Origin: an uncultured Rivularia sp.
GTDB taxonomy: Bacteria > Cyanobacteriota > Cyanobacteriia > Cyanobacteriales > Nostocaceae
Length of the DNA stretch: 64,000 bases
Reading direction: 5' to 3'
NCBI GenBank assembly: GCA_963665115.1
Contig: OY762007.1
Location: forward strand, 6,400,001 to 6,464,000
The notes beneath the pieces were generated by a model that was given only the letters and a program-made list of their open reading frames with translations, ran no database searches and was not told the DNA's origin. This document shows positions 24,301-36,700 of the stretch, in pieces. Every line of letters starts with the position of its first letter. Position 1 is the first letter of the stretch. The translations under genes and the position numbers were made by a program.

Positions 24301-25039
24301 AGGGAAGGGGGAGAATTCAAATTCTAAGCCTATTCTACGAGAAAACGCTTTCGGGTTCATGGAGAGGGGTAAATGTTGGCTGTTATTTGTTGATGAATAT
24401 GGTTTGGGTTCGCAACTTGCTCAACAATTACAGCAATTAGAACAAGATGTAATTATCGTCAAAGCTGGTAAAGAATTTTCTCAGCAGGGTGAAAGCTATA
24501 CAATTGCACCGGATAATCCCGAAGATTACGACAAGTTATTTGAGTCTTTGGAAGAATTGGGAAAAAATACTCAAAAAGTCGTGCATTTATGGCAACTGGA
24601 AACGGATATTTTGGCAACGGATGCTGATTTTGAAGAACAACAAAAGTGGGGATTTCATAGTTTACTATTTCTGACACAAGCACTTGCTAAAAATCAAACT
24701 CAAAATCAAGATTCCACAACTGTGGAACTTTCTGTGGTGACAAATGAATTGCATGATGTCGTCGGAATAGAAACAGTTAACCCCGCACAAACAACTATTT
24801 TGGGATTATGTAAAGTAATTCCCCAGGAATATCCCCAGATTCGCTGTCAAAATATTGATGTTGTGATCCCCAAAACTAGATCCCCCCTAACCCCCCTTGA
24901 AAAGGGGGGAACAAATCATCAATTAGCCCCTTTTGAGAAAGGGGAAACAAATCATCAATTAGCCCCCCTTGATAAGGGGAGCCACTCCGTTGCGGAGGTT
25001 CCCTCCGTTGAAGGAAGTGGCGTGGGTTGGGGGGATCTA
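18872..25039. repeat. Dispersed palindromic family C (AGATCCCCCC...GGGGGGATCT) with internal tandem units, intragenic
   Basis: Copies at 18872-19022 (internal ~24-nt units) and 24877-25039 (36-nt units encoding PLEKGGTNHQLA). Confidence 0.85.
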
Positions 25040-26335
25040 ATTGCAGAATTAACCGTACCAACACCCGACTCAATTGTTGCTTATAGAAATAACCATCGCT
25101 GGATACAAACTTTTGAATCATTACCACTTCCGGAAGCTAACACAACCAATCTTCCCTTAAAAAACAACGGTGTTTATTTAATCGCTGGAGACTTGATAGA
25201 AGGATTAGGATTAGTATTCGCTCAATATCTAGCCCAAAAATTCCAAGCCAAACTTATCTTAATTGCACGCTCCGGAATTCCAGAAAAGCACGATTGGGAA
25301 AAATGGTTAGCAACTCACGGTCAAAATGATGCAATAAGTCACTGTATCCGTAAATTACAAGGATTGGAAGCACTTGGTCAAGGTTTACTATTCTTCAGCG
25401 CAGATTTGACAGATGAAGGTAAGATTCAAGAAATTATCGATAAAGCAGACCAATATTTTGGCGAAATTAATGGAGTAATCCATGCTGGAGTCATGGGTGA
25501 CAGAGCCAGTTGTTTGATAAATTCTCTCAATAGTGATGAAATTAAACATCAATTCAGTTCCAAAGTTCGCGGTTTACTGAATCTAGAAAAAGCCTTAGAA
25601 AACAAAACACCGGACTTTTACCTACTTCAATCATCCCTTTCAAGCATCGTCGGTGGAGTAGGATTTTCAGCTTATGCGGGTGCAAATATCTTCATGGATA
25701 CTTTAGCACGAGAACGCAATAAACAAGGTTCTATCCCTTGGATAAGCGTTAATTGGGATGCTTGTCAGTTAGAAGAAACCGAAAACACACCTACAGGTTC
25801 AGCATTACTTGACTTAGCGATGACACCCCCAGAAGTTTGGGATGTTACCGAAAGAATTTTATCTCAAACCGCAATTCCTCAACTTATCGTCACCCCTATA
25901 GATTTACAAACTCGCATCGATGAATCAATACAAACAAAAATAACCGATAGTCAGCAGCAATTAAACGCTTATACTCGTCCCGAATTATCTACTACTTATG
26001 AAGCACCTCGAAACGAAATTGAGCAAAAAATTGCTGAAGCAATGCAAGATTTATTAGGAATAGAAAAAGTGGGAATTTACGACAACTTCTTTGAACTAGG
26101 AGGACATTCATTATTAGCAATTCAAGCAGTTACCAGAATTAGAAAAGAATGGAACGTTGAACTACCAATGCGACAATTTTTATTTGAATCTCCAACCGTC
26201 GCGGGAATCGCCAAAATTATTAACGAAAACCTGAATCAAAACCAATCGGAAATTGCTGATATGTTAGAAGAAATAGAACAAATGGAAATAGAAGAAGTAG
26301 AAGAAAATTTGAGAAATACGGAATTGAATAACTAA
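21355..26335 (+). CDS. Type I PKS module 3: KS - AT(malonyl) - KR(atypical) - PCP-type carrier; +1 frameshift at ~21753-21756
   Basis: ORFs 21355..21807 and 21626..26335 join (GYDP-EQYNGAIGVYGG) on removing one C from GACCCCGG. KS QTGCSTSL, AINNDG, HGTGT, GHLD; intact AT GHSIGEY plus HAFH; KR region AGDLIEGLG ... SAYAGAN; carrier FFELGGHSLLA. Confidence 0.92.
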
Positions 26336-26435
26336 TATCAGGTTTGCTTAATTTCTCATTCCCCTAAGAAGCCCTGTTAGCGTAGCGTGCCCGCTAGGGC
26401 ATAGCGCAACTACGAACCAATTACCAATTACCAAA

Positions 26436-27500
26436 ATGGACTTTAGCTTATTTTACTTTGACGGTGACGGCTCGTTAGCTCAATCAAACAAATACAAACT
26501 ATTATTTGAAAGCGCTAAATTCGCAGATGAAAATGGTTTTACCGCAGTGTGGACACCCGAAAGACATTTTCATGCATTTGGTGGATTATATCCCAACCCA
26601 TCCCTAACCGCAGCCGCTCTAGCAATGATTACTAAAAAAGTACAATTACGTGCTGGTAGCTGTGTTTTACCATTACATGACCCTGTTAGAATTGCTGAAG
26701 AATGGGCTGTGGTTGATAACCTTTCTAATGGGAGAGCTTCTATTGCTTTTGCTTCCGGTTGGACTGTTGATGATTTCGTATTAGCAAAAGACAGCCACGC
26801 AAACCGCAAAGCCAATATGTGGAAGGGTATAGATATTATTAAAAAACTTTGGAGCGGTGAAGCGGTTGAACGTCAGGATGCTACAGGCAAATCATTTACT
26901 ATTAAAACATTACCAAAACCGATTCAGTCAGAATTACCAATTTGGATGACTTGTCAATCCAATGAAACTTTTATGGAAGCAGGTAAACTCGGTACCAATG
27001 TTTTAACTTCTTTACTTACGGGAACTTTAGATAGTATTGTTCCTAAAATTAAACTGTATAGAAAACAGCGAGAAAAACACGGTCACAACCCTCAATCTGG
27101 TAAAGTTTCTTTGATGATCCACACTTTTTTAGGTGATGATATTAATACAGTTAAAGAAAAAGTTAGAAGACCATTTTGTAATTATTTAAAAACCCATTAT
27201 GATTTACTAGAAAATTTGGCTAAAGGTATGGGTTTAAATGTTAGTCTTAAAGATTTTTCCGAAGATGATCTCGATAGTTTATTACTATTTGGTGTCGAAG
27301 GATTTATGAAAGGTAGGTCATTAATTGGTACTCCAGAAAGCTGTCGTTCGTTAATTGATGAGCTTGAGAATGCAGGAGTGAATGAAGTGGCTTGTTTGAT
27401 TGATTTTGTTCAAGATTTTGATTATGTGATGGAGAGTTTACCGTATTTGAGCAAGTTGAAAGAAATGTGTGAGCAGTCAACAGTGAGCAGTCAACAGTGA
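26436..27500 (+). CDS. Stand-alone flavin-dependent luciferase-like monooxygenase of the natural-product (MupA-like) type
   Basis: MDFSLFYF start, AVWTPERHFHAFGGLYPNPS, LPLHDPVRIAEEWAVVDNLSNGR, SLIGTP, GVNEVACLIDF. Confidence 0.92.
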   Translation: MDFSLFYFDGDGSLAQSNKYKLLFESAKFADENGFTAVWTPERHFHAFGGLYPNPSLTAAALAMITKKVQLRAGSCVLPLHDPVRIAEEWAVVDNLSNGRASIAFASGWTVDDFVLAKDSHANRKANMWKGIDIIKKLWSGEAVERQDATGKSFTIKTLPKPIQSELPIWMTCQSNETFMEAGKLGTNVLTSLLTGTLDSIVPKIKLYRKQREKHGHNPQSGKVSLMIHTFLGDDINTVKEKVRRPFCNYLKTHYDLLENLAKGMGLNVSLKDFSEDDLDSLLLFGVEGFMKGRSLIGTPESCRSLIDELENAGVNEVACLIDFVQDFDYVMESLPYLSKLKEMCEQSTVSSQQ

Positions 27501-27563
27501 GCAGTGAGGAAGAAAGCGGAAGGAGCGGAGGGAGCAGAGGTGAAAAATCAGCTTCCTCATCTC

Positions 27564-27610
27564 TCCTTGTCCCCTTGTCCCCTTGTCCCCTTGTCTCCCC
27601 ATCCCCATCT
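27564..27610 (+). repeat. STRR-type heptamer tandem repeat (CCTTGTC)n
   Basis: ccttgtc x4 followed by ccccatccccatc, intergenic after the monooxygenase. Confidence 0.8.
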
Positions 27611-27708
27611 ATAATTCTGTAACCAATAATTCCTTATCCAGAATATTGTTTGCAATATTTAAACTTTTTTCAACTTTGTATCCAAATATTATATTATTTG
27701 ATTAGTGC

Positions 27709-27731
27709 TTATTGAAATTAATACTCATTAA
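27709..27731. promoter_or_regulatory. Putative Fur-box-like operator upstream of the IsiC-like gene
   Basis: TTATTGAAATTAATACTCATTAA is an imperfect TGA-AAT-N-AT-TCA inverted repeat. Further AT-rich inverted repeats lie at ~27642-27659 and ~27770-27789. Confidence 0.4.
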
Positions 27732-27821
27732 CGCCTGTGAGGGCTTACTGCATTGTGGGGCAATGTATGTATTGGAAATAATTATTATTCCGTAAAGTTA
27801 TTTTGCTTAGAGAGAGTCAGA

Positions 27822-28574
27822 ATGTCTATATCTCGTTATGATTTTGATGTCCTTTGGGTTAGCAGTAGCCCTTCTTTGAGAACTTTTAGTATGCCTCTGA
27901 TAAAAACATTGTCAAGGCATACAAAGATTGCAGGATGGGATTATTTTCAGTCTTTGGATGAACCTGCTTGTATGGATACGGCAGTAGAGTTATTACATAA
28001 ATACTTGAAAACCAAGCAATTTCCGATCCATTTGATAGGTCATGGTATTGGTGGTACGATTGCATTAATGTTTGCTCGTAAATACCCTGAATTTGTTAAG
28101 TCATTAACCTTACTTGCAGTAGCCGCACAACCTGCAAATACCTGGCACGCATATTATTATCAACAACGTCGAATCTATTCTCTGAGTAAAGCAGAAGCTT
28201 TATTGAATACTATTCATAATTTATTTAGAGAAGAAGCAATTCCTTATCCACACAAATTAATTAATCAATTTAATAAGGATTTGAATAATTTACCTTTGAT
28301 GCACTCAATATTCGATATAGAACAACTACCTATAGGCGGTGTTTCTATGCCATTAATGATATGCGGTGGTCAAGTAGATCCTATTTTAAGTTATCTGGAG
28401 TTATACAAGTGGAAGAAATGGTTAAAACCTGAAGATATTATATGGAAATGTCCTCAAGGTAGTCATTTTTTCCATTCTTTTCACCCAGATTTAGTTTCTC
28501 AAGAAATATGCAAATTTTGGGGAATAAAACAGAATCAAACTCGACAAGAAAATTTTGTTAAATATCAAATATAA
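27822..28574 (+). CDS. Alpha/beta-hydrolase-fold protein resembling cyanobacterial iron-starvation protein IsiC
   Basis: Probable start ATG 27822, in frame with ORF 27753. Motifs DVLWVSSSPSL, WDYFQSLDEPACMDTAVELLHKYL, HLIGHGIGG, PANTWHAYYY, GSHFFH. The IsiC resemblance is from recall, not a search. Confidence 0.7.
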   Translation: MSISRYDFDVLWVSSSPSLRTFSMPLIKTLSRHTKIAGWDYFQSLDEPACMDTAVELLHKYLKTKQFPIHLIGHGIGGTIALMFARKYPEFVKSLTLLAVAAQPANTWHAYYYQQRRIYSLSKAEALLNTIHNLFREEAIPYPHKLINQFNKDLNNLPLMHSIFDIEQLPIGGVSMPLMICGGQVDPILSYLELYKWKKWLKPEDIIWKCPQGSHFFHSFHPDLVSQEICKFWGIKQNQTRQENFVKYQI

Positions 28575-28661
28575 TATATACTAGCTACGAAAAATGTAGC
28601 TTAATCAATCTATTTTAAGCTGTTTATGGTTGATACGGTTCTATCATAAATATTAGTGAAT

Positions 28662-28689
28662 AAACTCCTAGCGATAAGACTAGGAGTTT
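28662..28689 (+). terminator. Stem-loop, possible terminator or processing site between the hydrolase gene and NRPS1
   Basis: AAACTCCTAG-cgataaga-CTAGGAGTTT, a perfect 10-bp stem followed by T-rich sequence. Confidence 0.45.
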
Positions 28690-28807
28690 CTATTTAGTTA
28701 ATAATAAAACAAGTATAATGATTCTTAAAATCAGTGCAGTCACAGAATTGTTATAAGAAAATGTTTTAAAAGTCGAACTTTCTAACAATGGGGAAGCGGA
28801 AATTGAC

Positions 28808-31800
28808 ATGGATGATTTGAGAAAACGCATTGCAGCATTACCTCCAGAAAAGAGAGCGCTATTTGAGCGTCAACTCCGAGAAAAGGGATTGCAGCTTGAT
28901 AGAGCAACTATCTGCAAGCGAGATAATCTCAAGGAGTTACCTTTGTCTTTTGCTCAACAGAGGTTATGGTTTCTGCATCAGTTAGAGGCGGATACTACTG
29001 CTTATAATATTGCATTTTCATGGCGTTTTACCGGGAATTTAGATATTGCATTACTACAAAGTTGTCTGAATACTATTGTGCAGCGTCATGAGATTTTACG
29101 GACTGCTTTTGTGGCTGTAAACGGACAACCGAATCAAGTTATTATTCCCGAATTACTACTAGCTTTACCTATTATTGATTTACGTACAGTTCCAGAATTA
29201 ACTCGTCAAATAGAAGTAGAGAAATTAACAAAACAAGAAGCTCGGTATCCCTTCAATTTAACTGAAGCTCCTTTGATACGAGTTAAAATACTTCAAATTA
29301 CTGACAACGAAAATATATTACTTTTAACGTTACATCATTTAATTGCTGATGGTTGGTCGCGGGGTGTAATTTTACGAGAATTAACCGCATTATATAAGGG
29401 TTCGACTTTACCAGAATTACCGATTCAATATGTAGATTTTGCAGTTTATCAACAGCAATGGTTACAGGGTGAAGAACTCGCAGTACAAACAGCTTATTGG
29501 AAACAGCAATTAAACAATCTATCAATATTAGAATTACCTACCGATAATCCTCGCAAGCCAGTACAAACATTTCGTAGCGCTACTGAATCTGTTCTTATTT
29601 CAGAGGAAATTTTACACAGTTTAAAAGACTTAAGCCGCAAGCAAAGCGTAACATTATTTATGTCGGCTTTAGCAGCTTTTAAAGTATTGCTGCACCGCTA
29701 CACTTCTCAAGATGATATCGCTATTGGTTCGCCAATTGCTAATCGTAACTGGACAGAAGTAGAACCGTTAATTGGATTTTTTGTTAATACTTTGGTATTG
29801 CGAACTGATGTTTCTGCTAATCCGACTTTTCTAGAATTCTTGCAACGAGTAAAAGATGTTGCAGCAGGAGCCTTTAAGCATCAAGATTTACCTTTTGCAA
29901 AGTTAGTAGAAGAAATTCAACCCCAACGTAGTTTGAGTCATAATCCTTTATTTGGGATAATGTTCCAGGTTCAAAATGAAGCTTATCAGTTACAAAATGC
30001 CCTCAATCCAGAATTGGCAATACCGGGTTTAAGTTTAGAGCAGATGTGGAGCGATTCCGGTTCAACTAAGTTTGATATGACTTGGCATTTGGTAGAACGA
30101 AATGAAGGTTTATTGGCTGTAGTTGAGTACAGTACGGACTTATTTAATCAAGATACCATCGCTCGGATGTTAGGACATTTCCAGGTTTTATTAAAGGGTA
30201 TTATTGATAATCCAAACCAGCATTTATCGGAATTACCAATTTTAACAGAAATAGAACATCAGCAACTTTTGGTGGAATGGAATAATACATATACAAAATA
30301 TCCTCTAGAGCAAGGAATTCACCAATTATTTGAAAAGCAAGTTGAGAAAACACCGGATAATATTGCAGTTGAATTAAAAAACCTAACCCCCCAACCCCCT
30401 TCCCTACAAGGGAATGGGGAGAATTTAAAGCCTCTCTCCTGCAAGGAGAGAGGTTTTTCAGATACTGTACTCACCTACCAAGAACTAAATAATAAAGCAA
30501 ACCAACTTGCACATTATCTGAGAAAGCAAGGTGTAAAACCAGATATGCTGGTGGGGATTTGTGTAGAGAGAAACCCTTTAATGTTGGTTGGATTATTGGG
30601 TATTCTCAAAGCGGGTGGAGCTTACGTTCCTATTGATGCAAAATTACCGAGCAGTCGCATTGCTTTGATGCTTGCGGATTCTCAAGTTTCTATTTTAATA
30701 ACTCAAGAAAAAATATTAGCTCAATTACCCGCAAATTCAGCGCAAACTATTTGTATTGATAGCGAATGGGAAACTATTTCTCAATTATCTATAAATAATC
30801 CCCTCAATCAAACTGTTGCAGAGAATTTAGCTTATGTAATTTATACTTCTGGTTCAACGGGTAATCCAAAAGGAACGTTATTAACTCATCAAGGTTTAAC
30901 AAATTATTTAAGTTGGGCAATAGAAGCTTATAATTTAGCTCAAGGAAATGGTTCACCAGTACAATCTTCTATTGGTTTCGATGCTACAATTACTAGCCTT
31001 TATGCTCCTTTAATGGTAGGAAAAACAGTAACGCTAATACCCGAAGAACAAGAAATTGAAGCTTTAAGTAATTTACTAAATTCTGAATCGAATTCTAATA
31101 ATGATTTTAGTTTGGTGAAATTAACACCCGCTCATTTGAAGGTATTAAGTCAACTCGAAACCTCACCCCCTTCCCCTCTCCTTAACAAGGAGAGGGGTGT
31201 GCGTCAGGACGGGGTGAGGTTAAACCCAACCAGAGCCTTTATTATTGGTGGTGAAGCTCTATTAGAAAATCATCTTGAATTTTGGCGCGAAAATTTTCCT
31301 AATACCAGATTAATTAATGAATATGGTCCCACTGAAACTGTTGTCGGTTGCTGTATTTATGATGCTTCAAATAAACCTTCATCTAGTACAGTTCCGATTG
31401 GAAAAGCAATAGCAAATGTGCAGCTTTACGTATTAGATAAATATTTGCAACCAGTTCCCATTGGTATTCCAGGAGAATTGTACATCGGTGGGGTAGGTGT
31501 TGCGCGGGGTTATTTAAATAAACCAGAATTAATCGCTGAAAAATTTATTCCCAATCCGTTTAAAGAACAATTACCAATTACCAATTACCAATTACCAATC
31601 ACCAAATTATACAAAACTGGAGATTTAGTTCGTTATTTACCCGACGGTAATTTAGAATATTTAGGACGTTTAGATAATCAGGTGAAAATTCGGGGTTTCC
31701 GCATTGAGTTGGAAGAAATTGAAGCTGTTTTAAATCAACATCCACAGATTGAATTTAATTGTGTGATTCCTTATGTTGATAATTCTGGGAATCAGCGATT

Positions 31801-33657
31801 GGTTGCTTATATTGTTTCTTCTCATCCCATAGTTAACAACCAAATTCGTGAATTTTTACAGCAAATACTTCCCGATTATATGATTCCATCATTTTTTGTG
31901 GAATTGGAAAGTTTACCTTTAACAAATAATGGTAAAGTTGACCGGAAAAATTTACCCGTACCAGATTTATCTGAGCGAGAAAATGAAAATAATACTCCAC
32001 CAACTACTGAGAAGGAAATCATCTTAACAGAAATTTGGTCTGAGGTTTTGGGGGTAAATGTTGGCATTGATGATAACTTTTTTGAAATGGGAGGAGATTC
32101 GATTCTCAGTATTCAAATTATTGCGAGAGCGAATCAAGCTGGGTTAACGCTTACTCCACGACAGTTGTTTCAATATCAAACCATTGCCGAACTTGCTACT
32201 GTTGCCGATACAAAACCTCAAATTCAAGCGGAACAAGGTGTTATTACAGGTGAAGTACCGTTAACACCTATTCAACACTGGTTTTTTGAAGAAATATCGC
32301 AAGTTAACTATTATAATCAATCGGTTTTATTGGAAGTTGTACCAAATTTGAAACCTGAATTATTAGAACAAGTTTGGCAAAAGTTACTCACACATCATGA
32401 TGCTTTACGTCTGCGCTATGTGGAAAATGATTCTGAATGGCAACAGTTTTATGTAAATCCCAGCGATATTCCCTCCACTACTGTCGATTTATCGGAGTTA
32501 ACAGAAAACGAGCAAAAGCAAGCAATTACAGAAATTAGTTCTCAACTGCAAACTAGTTTAAATTTATCAGAATCAATATTACAATGCGTATTATTTCAGC
32601 TTGGTGCATCTAAAAATCATCGTCTTTTAATCATTGTTCATCATCTTGTAATTGATAGCGTTTCCTGGCGTATTTTGTTAACAGACTTAGTAACAGCGTA
32701 TAAACAAATTGAAACTGGACTAAATATAGAATTACCACCGAAAACAACTTCATTCCAAACTTGGGCAAATCAATTGATTAACTATGGTCAATCGCAAACG
32801 GTTGTGGATGAATTAAATTATTGGTTGTCTGTAAATTCTCAAGTTTCCTTACCTATCGATTATCAAAATAACGAAACCCAAAATACAATTTCTTCTACTG
32901 CTGAAGTAAGCACAATCTTAAATGCAGAACAAACCTGCACTTTATTAGAAGAAGTTCCAAAAGCTTATAAAACCCAAATCAACGATATTTTACTCACCGC
33001 ATTATTACAAAGTTTTAATCAGTGGACAAACGTATCAAGCTTACTGATATATTTAGAAGGACATGGAAGAGAAGATGTATTCTCAGATGTAGATTTATCA
33101 CGTACAGTTGGTTGGTTCACAACTATATTTCCAGTGGTTTTAAAATTAGATAATAATCGTAACTTAGAAGTAATAATCAAATCAGTAAAAGAACAACTCC
33201 GACAAATACCTGCTCGCGGATTCGGTTACGGATTACTACGCTATCTGAGCAACGATGAAACCATAAAAACCCGTTTAGAAAATCAACAACAAGCCCAGAT
33301 AAAATTTAACTACTTAGGAAAACTTGACTTAAGTACAGATTCCTTAATTTTAGGACTAGCAAAAGAACCCACAGGAAACAACTACAGTCCCCTCAAGGAA
33401 AGCGTCAATATTTAATAGAAATAAACTCATGGGTTTCCGAAGAAAAACTGCAATTTAATTGGAACTATAGCCGCAATATTCATCAACAAACAACTATCGA
33501 AAATCTAGCACAAACATATATTACCAACTTGCAAATTTTAATTACTCATTGTAAATCTCCAGATTCAGGAGGTTACACTCCCTCAGACTTCAAAGCAGCC
33601 AACCTTAACCAAAAACAACTTGATAAATTCATGTCAAAAATAAAAAATAAAAAATAG
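28808..33657 (+). CDS. NRPS 1: C - A(Asn-type) - PCP - E - COM donor; frameshift in C-run at 33389-33392
   Basis: C HHLIADG; A motifs YTSGSTGNPKG, NEYGPTE, YKTGDL; hand-read pocket code about DATKIGEVGK (Asn-like); PCP GGDSI; E HHLVIDSVSW, EGHGRE, RTVGWFT, FNYLG. The E domain continues in another frame (QGKRQYLIEINSW...GGYTPSDF...KIKNKK) to TAG 33655-33657. Confidence 0.92.
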
Positions 33658-33758
33658 TTAGTTGTTAGTTGTTAATTCTTCACTCCAAACAGACGTAGCA
33701 ATGCTACGTCTCTACACTATTTCCTGTTCCCTATTCCCTATTCCCTCTTAATAAAAAA

Positions 33759-36700
33759 ATGGATAACATAATAGACTTATACGAACTTTCCCCCATGCAA
33801 CAAGGGATGCTATTTCATTCCCTATACTCCCCCGAATCGGGAATTTACTTTGAACAACGTAACTGTAAACTAAAAGGTAATCTCAATATTTCAGCTTTCA
33901 AAACCGCATGGCAAAAAGTCATAGAACGTCATACAATTTTACGCACAGCTTTCTATTGGGAAGAAGTAGAAAAACCTCTACAAGTTGTACATAAACAAGT
34001 TGATTTATCTTGGATTGAAGAGAATTGGCAAGATTTCATTATTAATCAACAAAATGATAAATTAGAAGAATTTTTACAAGCAGATAGACAGCAAGGATTT
34101 GATTTAAATCAACCTCCCTTAATGCGCTGTGCTTTATTACAAATACAAACATCGGAATATTATTTTGTTTGGAGTCACCATCACTTATTAATGGATGGTT
34201 GGTGTAACGGAATCTTATTAAAAGAAGTTTTCAGTTTTTATCAAGCAGCAATCAGTGGTAAATCGCTATTTTTACCACATCCACGTCCTTATCGCGATTA
34301 TATCCAATGGTTACAGCAGCAAGATATTGCTTTATCAAAAAAATTTTGGCGAGATAAACTCAAAGGTTTTATAGCACCAACTCCGTTAATTAAAGATAGT
34401 CGAACCGTCACATATCAACAAGATATCGTAAGCGAACAACAAATTCAATTACCTATTAAATTAACAACTGATCTTCAAAATTTAGCACAAGAAAACCGCT
34501 TGACTTTAAATACCATTTCTCAAGGAATTTGGGCAATACTCTTAAGTCGCTACAGTGGAGAAAATGACATCGTATTTGGAGCCACAGTATCCGGTCGTCC
34601 GCCGAATTTACCTGGTGTAGAATCAATAGTAGGTTTATTTATCAATACCTTACCTGTACGAGTAAATCTATCTGGAGACAAAGAATTATTACCTTGGTTG
34701 CAACAATTACAAACTCAGCAAATTGAACAAGAATCTTTTTCTTATAGTTCGTTAATTGATATTAAACAGTGGAGTGATGTACTTCCTGGAGTAGGATTAT
34801 TTGAAAGTTTAGTTATCTTTGAAAACTATCCGGTGTCAATCGATGCTGTTTTACAGGGATGGAGCGATGATTTACAAATTACTCAAGCTAAAGGTTTTGA
34901 ACGCACTAATTACCCTCTTTCACTAACAGTTATTCCTGGTGCAGAACTGTCATTACGGATTAACTATGACAGCAACCGTTTTGAATCGGCAACCATTACC
35001 AGAATGTTAGGTCATTTAGAAACATTATTACAAGGTATCGTCACAAATCCGCAACAAAAACCGTGGGAATTACCTTTATTAACCGCAATAGAAAAACAGC
35101 AATTACTAGTTGACTGGAATGATACTAACTGCGATTATTCAAACCTTTGTATTCATCAATTATTTGCAGCACAAGCGGAGAAAACACCGGATAAAATAGC
35201 AGTTATATTTGAATCGCAACAGCTTACATATAAAGAGTTAAATCAAAAAGCAAATCAACTTGCTCATTATTTAAAATCGGTTGGTGTAGAAGAAGAAACG
35301 CGGGTTGGAATTTGTTTAGAGCGTTCTGAAAAAATGCTCGTGGGGTTGTTGGGTATTTTGAAAGCGGGTGGAACTTATATTCCTTTAGATCCAGCTTTTC
35401 CTGAAGAACGTTTGACGTTTATGCTGGAAGATTCGGGGGTGAATTTTTTAATTACAGATTCTCGAATCTCACCCCTAACCCCTCTCCTTGTTAAGGAGAA
35501 GGGAAAAGAATCTGAAACCCCTCTCCTTGATAAGGAGAGGGGAGATAAAGCTGTGCTTTATCGGGGTGAGGTTATTAACATTGATAATGACTGGGAATTA
35601 ATTGAGAAACAATCTTCTGGAAATCTAGCAATTCAAACAACCCCGGAAGATTTAGCCTATATTATCTACACTTCGGGTTCTACAGGTAAACCCAAAGGAG
35701 TGCAAATTATGCACAAATCCTTGGTTAACTGTCTTGAATCAATGCAACAAAAACCGGGAATCACATCAAATGATGTTTTGCTATCAGTAACTACACTATC
35801 TTTTGATATTGCTGGATTAGAATTATATTTACCTTTAATTACAGGTGCTATATTAATTATTGCTAGTAGAGAAACTGCAACTGATGGAATAAGATTAGCG
35901 CAAAGTATTGAAACAAATCAAGCAACAATAATGCAAGCGACTCCCGCAACTTGGAGGTTATTGCTAACAGCAGGTTGGAAGGGTAATCGACAGTTAAAAG
36001 TTCTTTGTGGTGGTGAAGCTTTAGATATAAATGTTGCTGAAGAATTATTGAAACGTAGTAAAGAAGTATGGAATTTATACGGTCCGACGGAAGCAACTAT
36101 TTGGTCATCTGTAACTGAATGTAGAGACGTTAAATTTAACGTCTCCCAAAATGTCCCTACATCTGTTCCGATTGGTAAACCAGTTAATAATACCCAGTTT
36201 TACGTTTTAAATGATTATTTACAACCCGTTCCGATTGGTGTTCCGGGAGAATTATATATTGGTGGTACAGGATTAGCAAAGGGTTATTTAAATAAACCAG
36301 AATTAACAGCCCAAAAATTTATTCCCAATCCATTTTCTTATTCTACCCCCTCTTCCCTCTCTACCCCCTCTTCCCCCTCTAATCTTTATAAGACGGGAGA
36401 TTCAGTACGTTATTTACCTGACGGTAATTTGGAATATTTGGGACGAATTGATTATCAAGTTAAGTTACGTGGTTTTCGGATTGAGTTAGGAGAAATTGAA
36501 GCGGTTTTGATTCAGCATTCTCTTGTAAAACAAGCGGTGGTGACATTATATAAAAATCAAGATGATGAAAAATTAATTGCTTATGTGGTTCCCTCTTCAG
36601 AAATATCGCAAACTGAATTAAGGCAGTTTTTGCAGGGTAAATTACCCGCTTATATGATTCCTTCTAGCTACATAATGTTAGAAGAATTTCCGCTTACACC

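Larger units (their letters stand above)
5425..36380 (+). repeat. 9-mer tandem repeats (CCCTCTACC)n encoding PST linkers
   Basis: Arrays at ~5425-5490, 12663-12710, 15484-15533, 20333-20370, 23238-23280, 36342-36380. A purine-strand relative (GAAGCAGAG)n occurs at ~3652-3695 and 27520-27540. Confidence 0.9.

Noticed and set aside
24877..25039. 36-nt repeats with hairpins as a possible CRISPR array
   Set aside because: The units are directly tandem with no unique spacers, lie in frame inside a PKS, and no cas genes are present.
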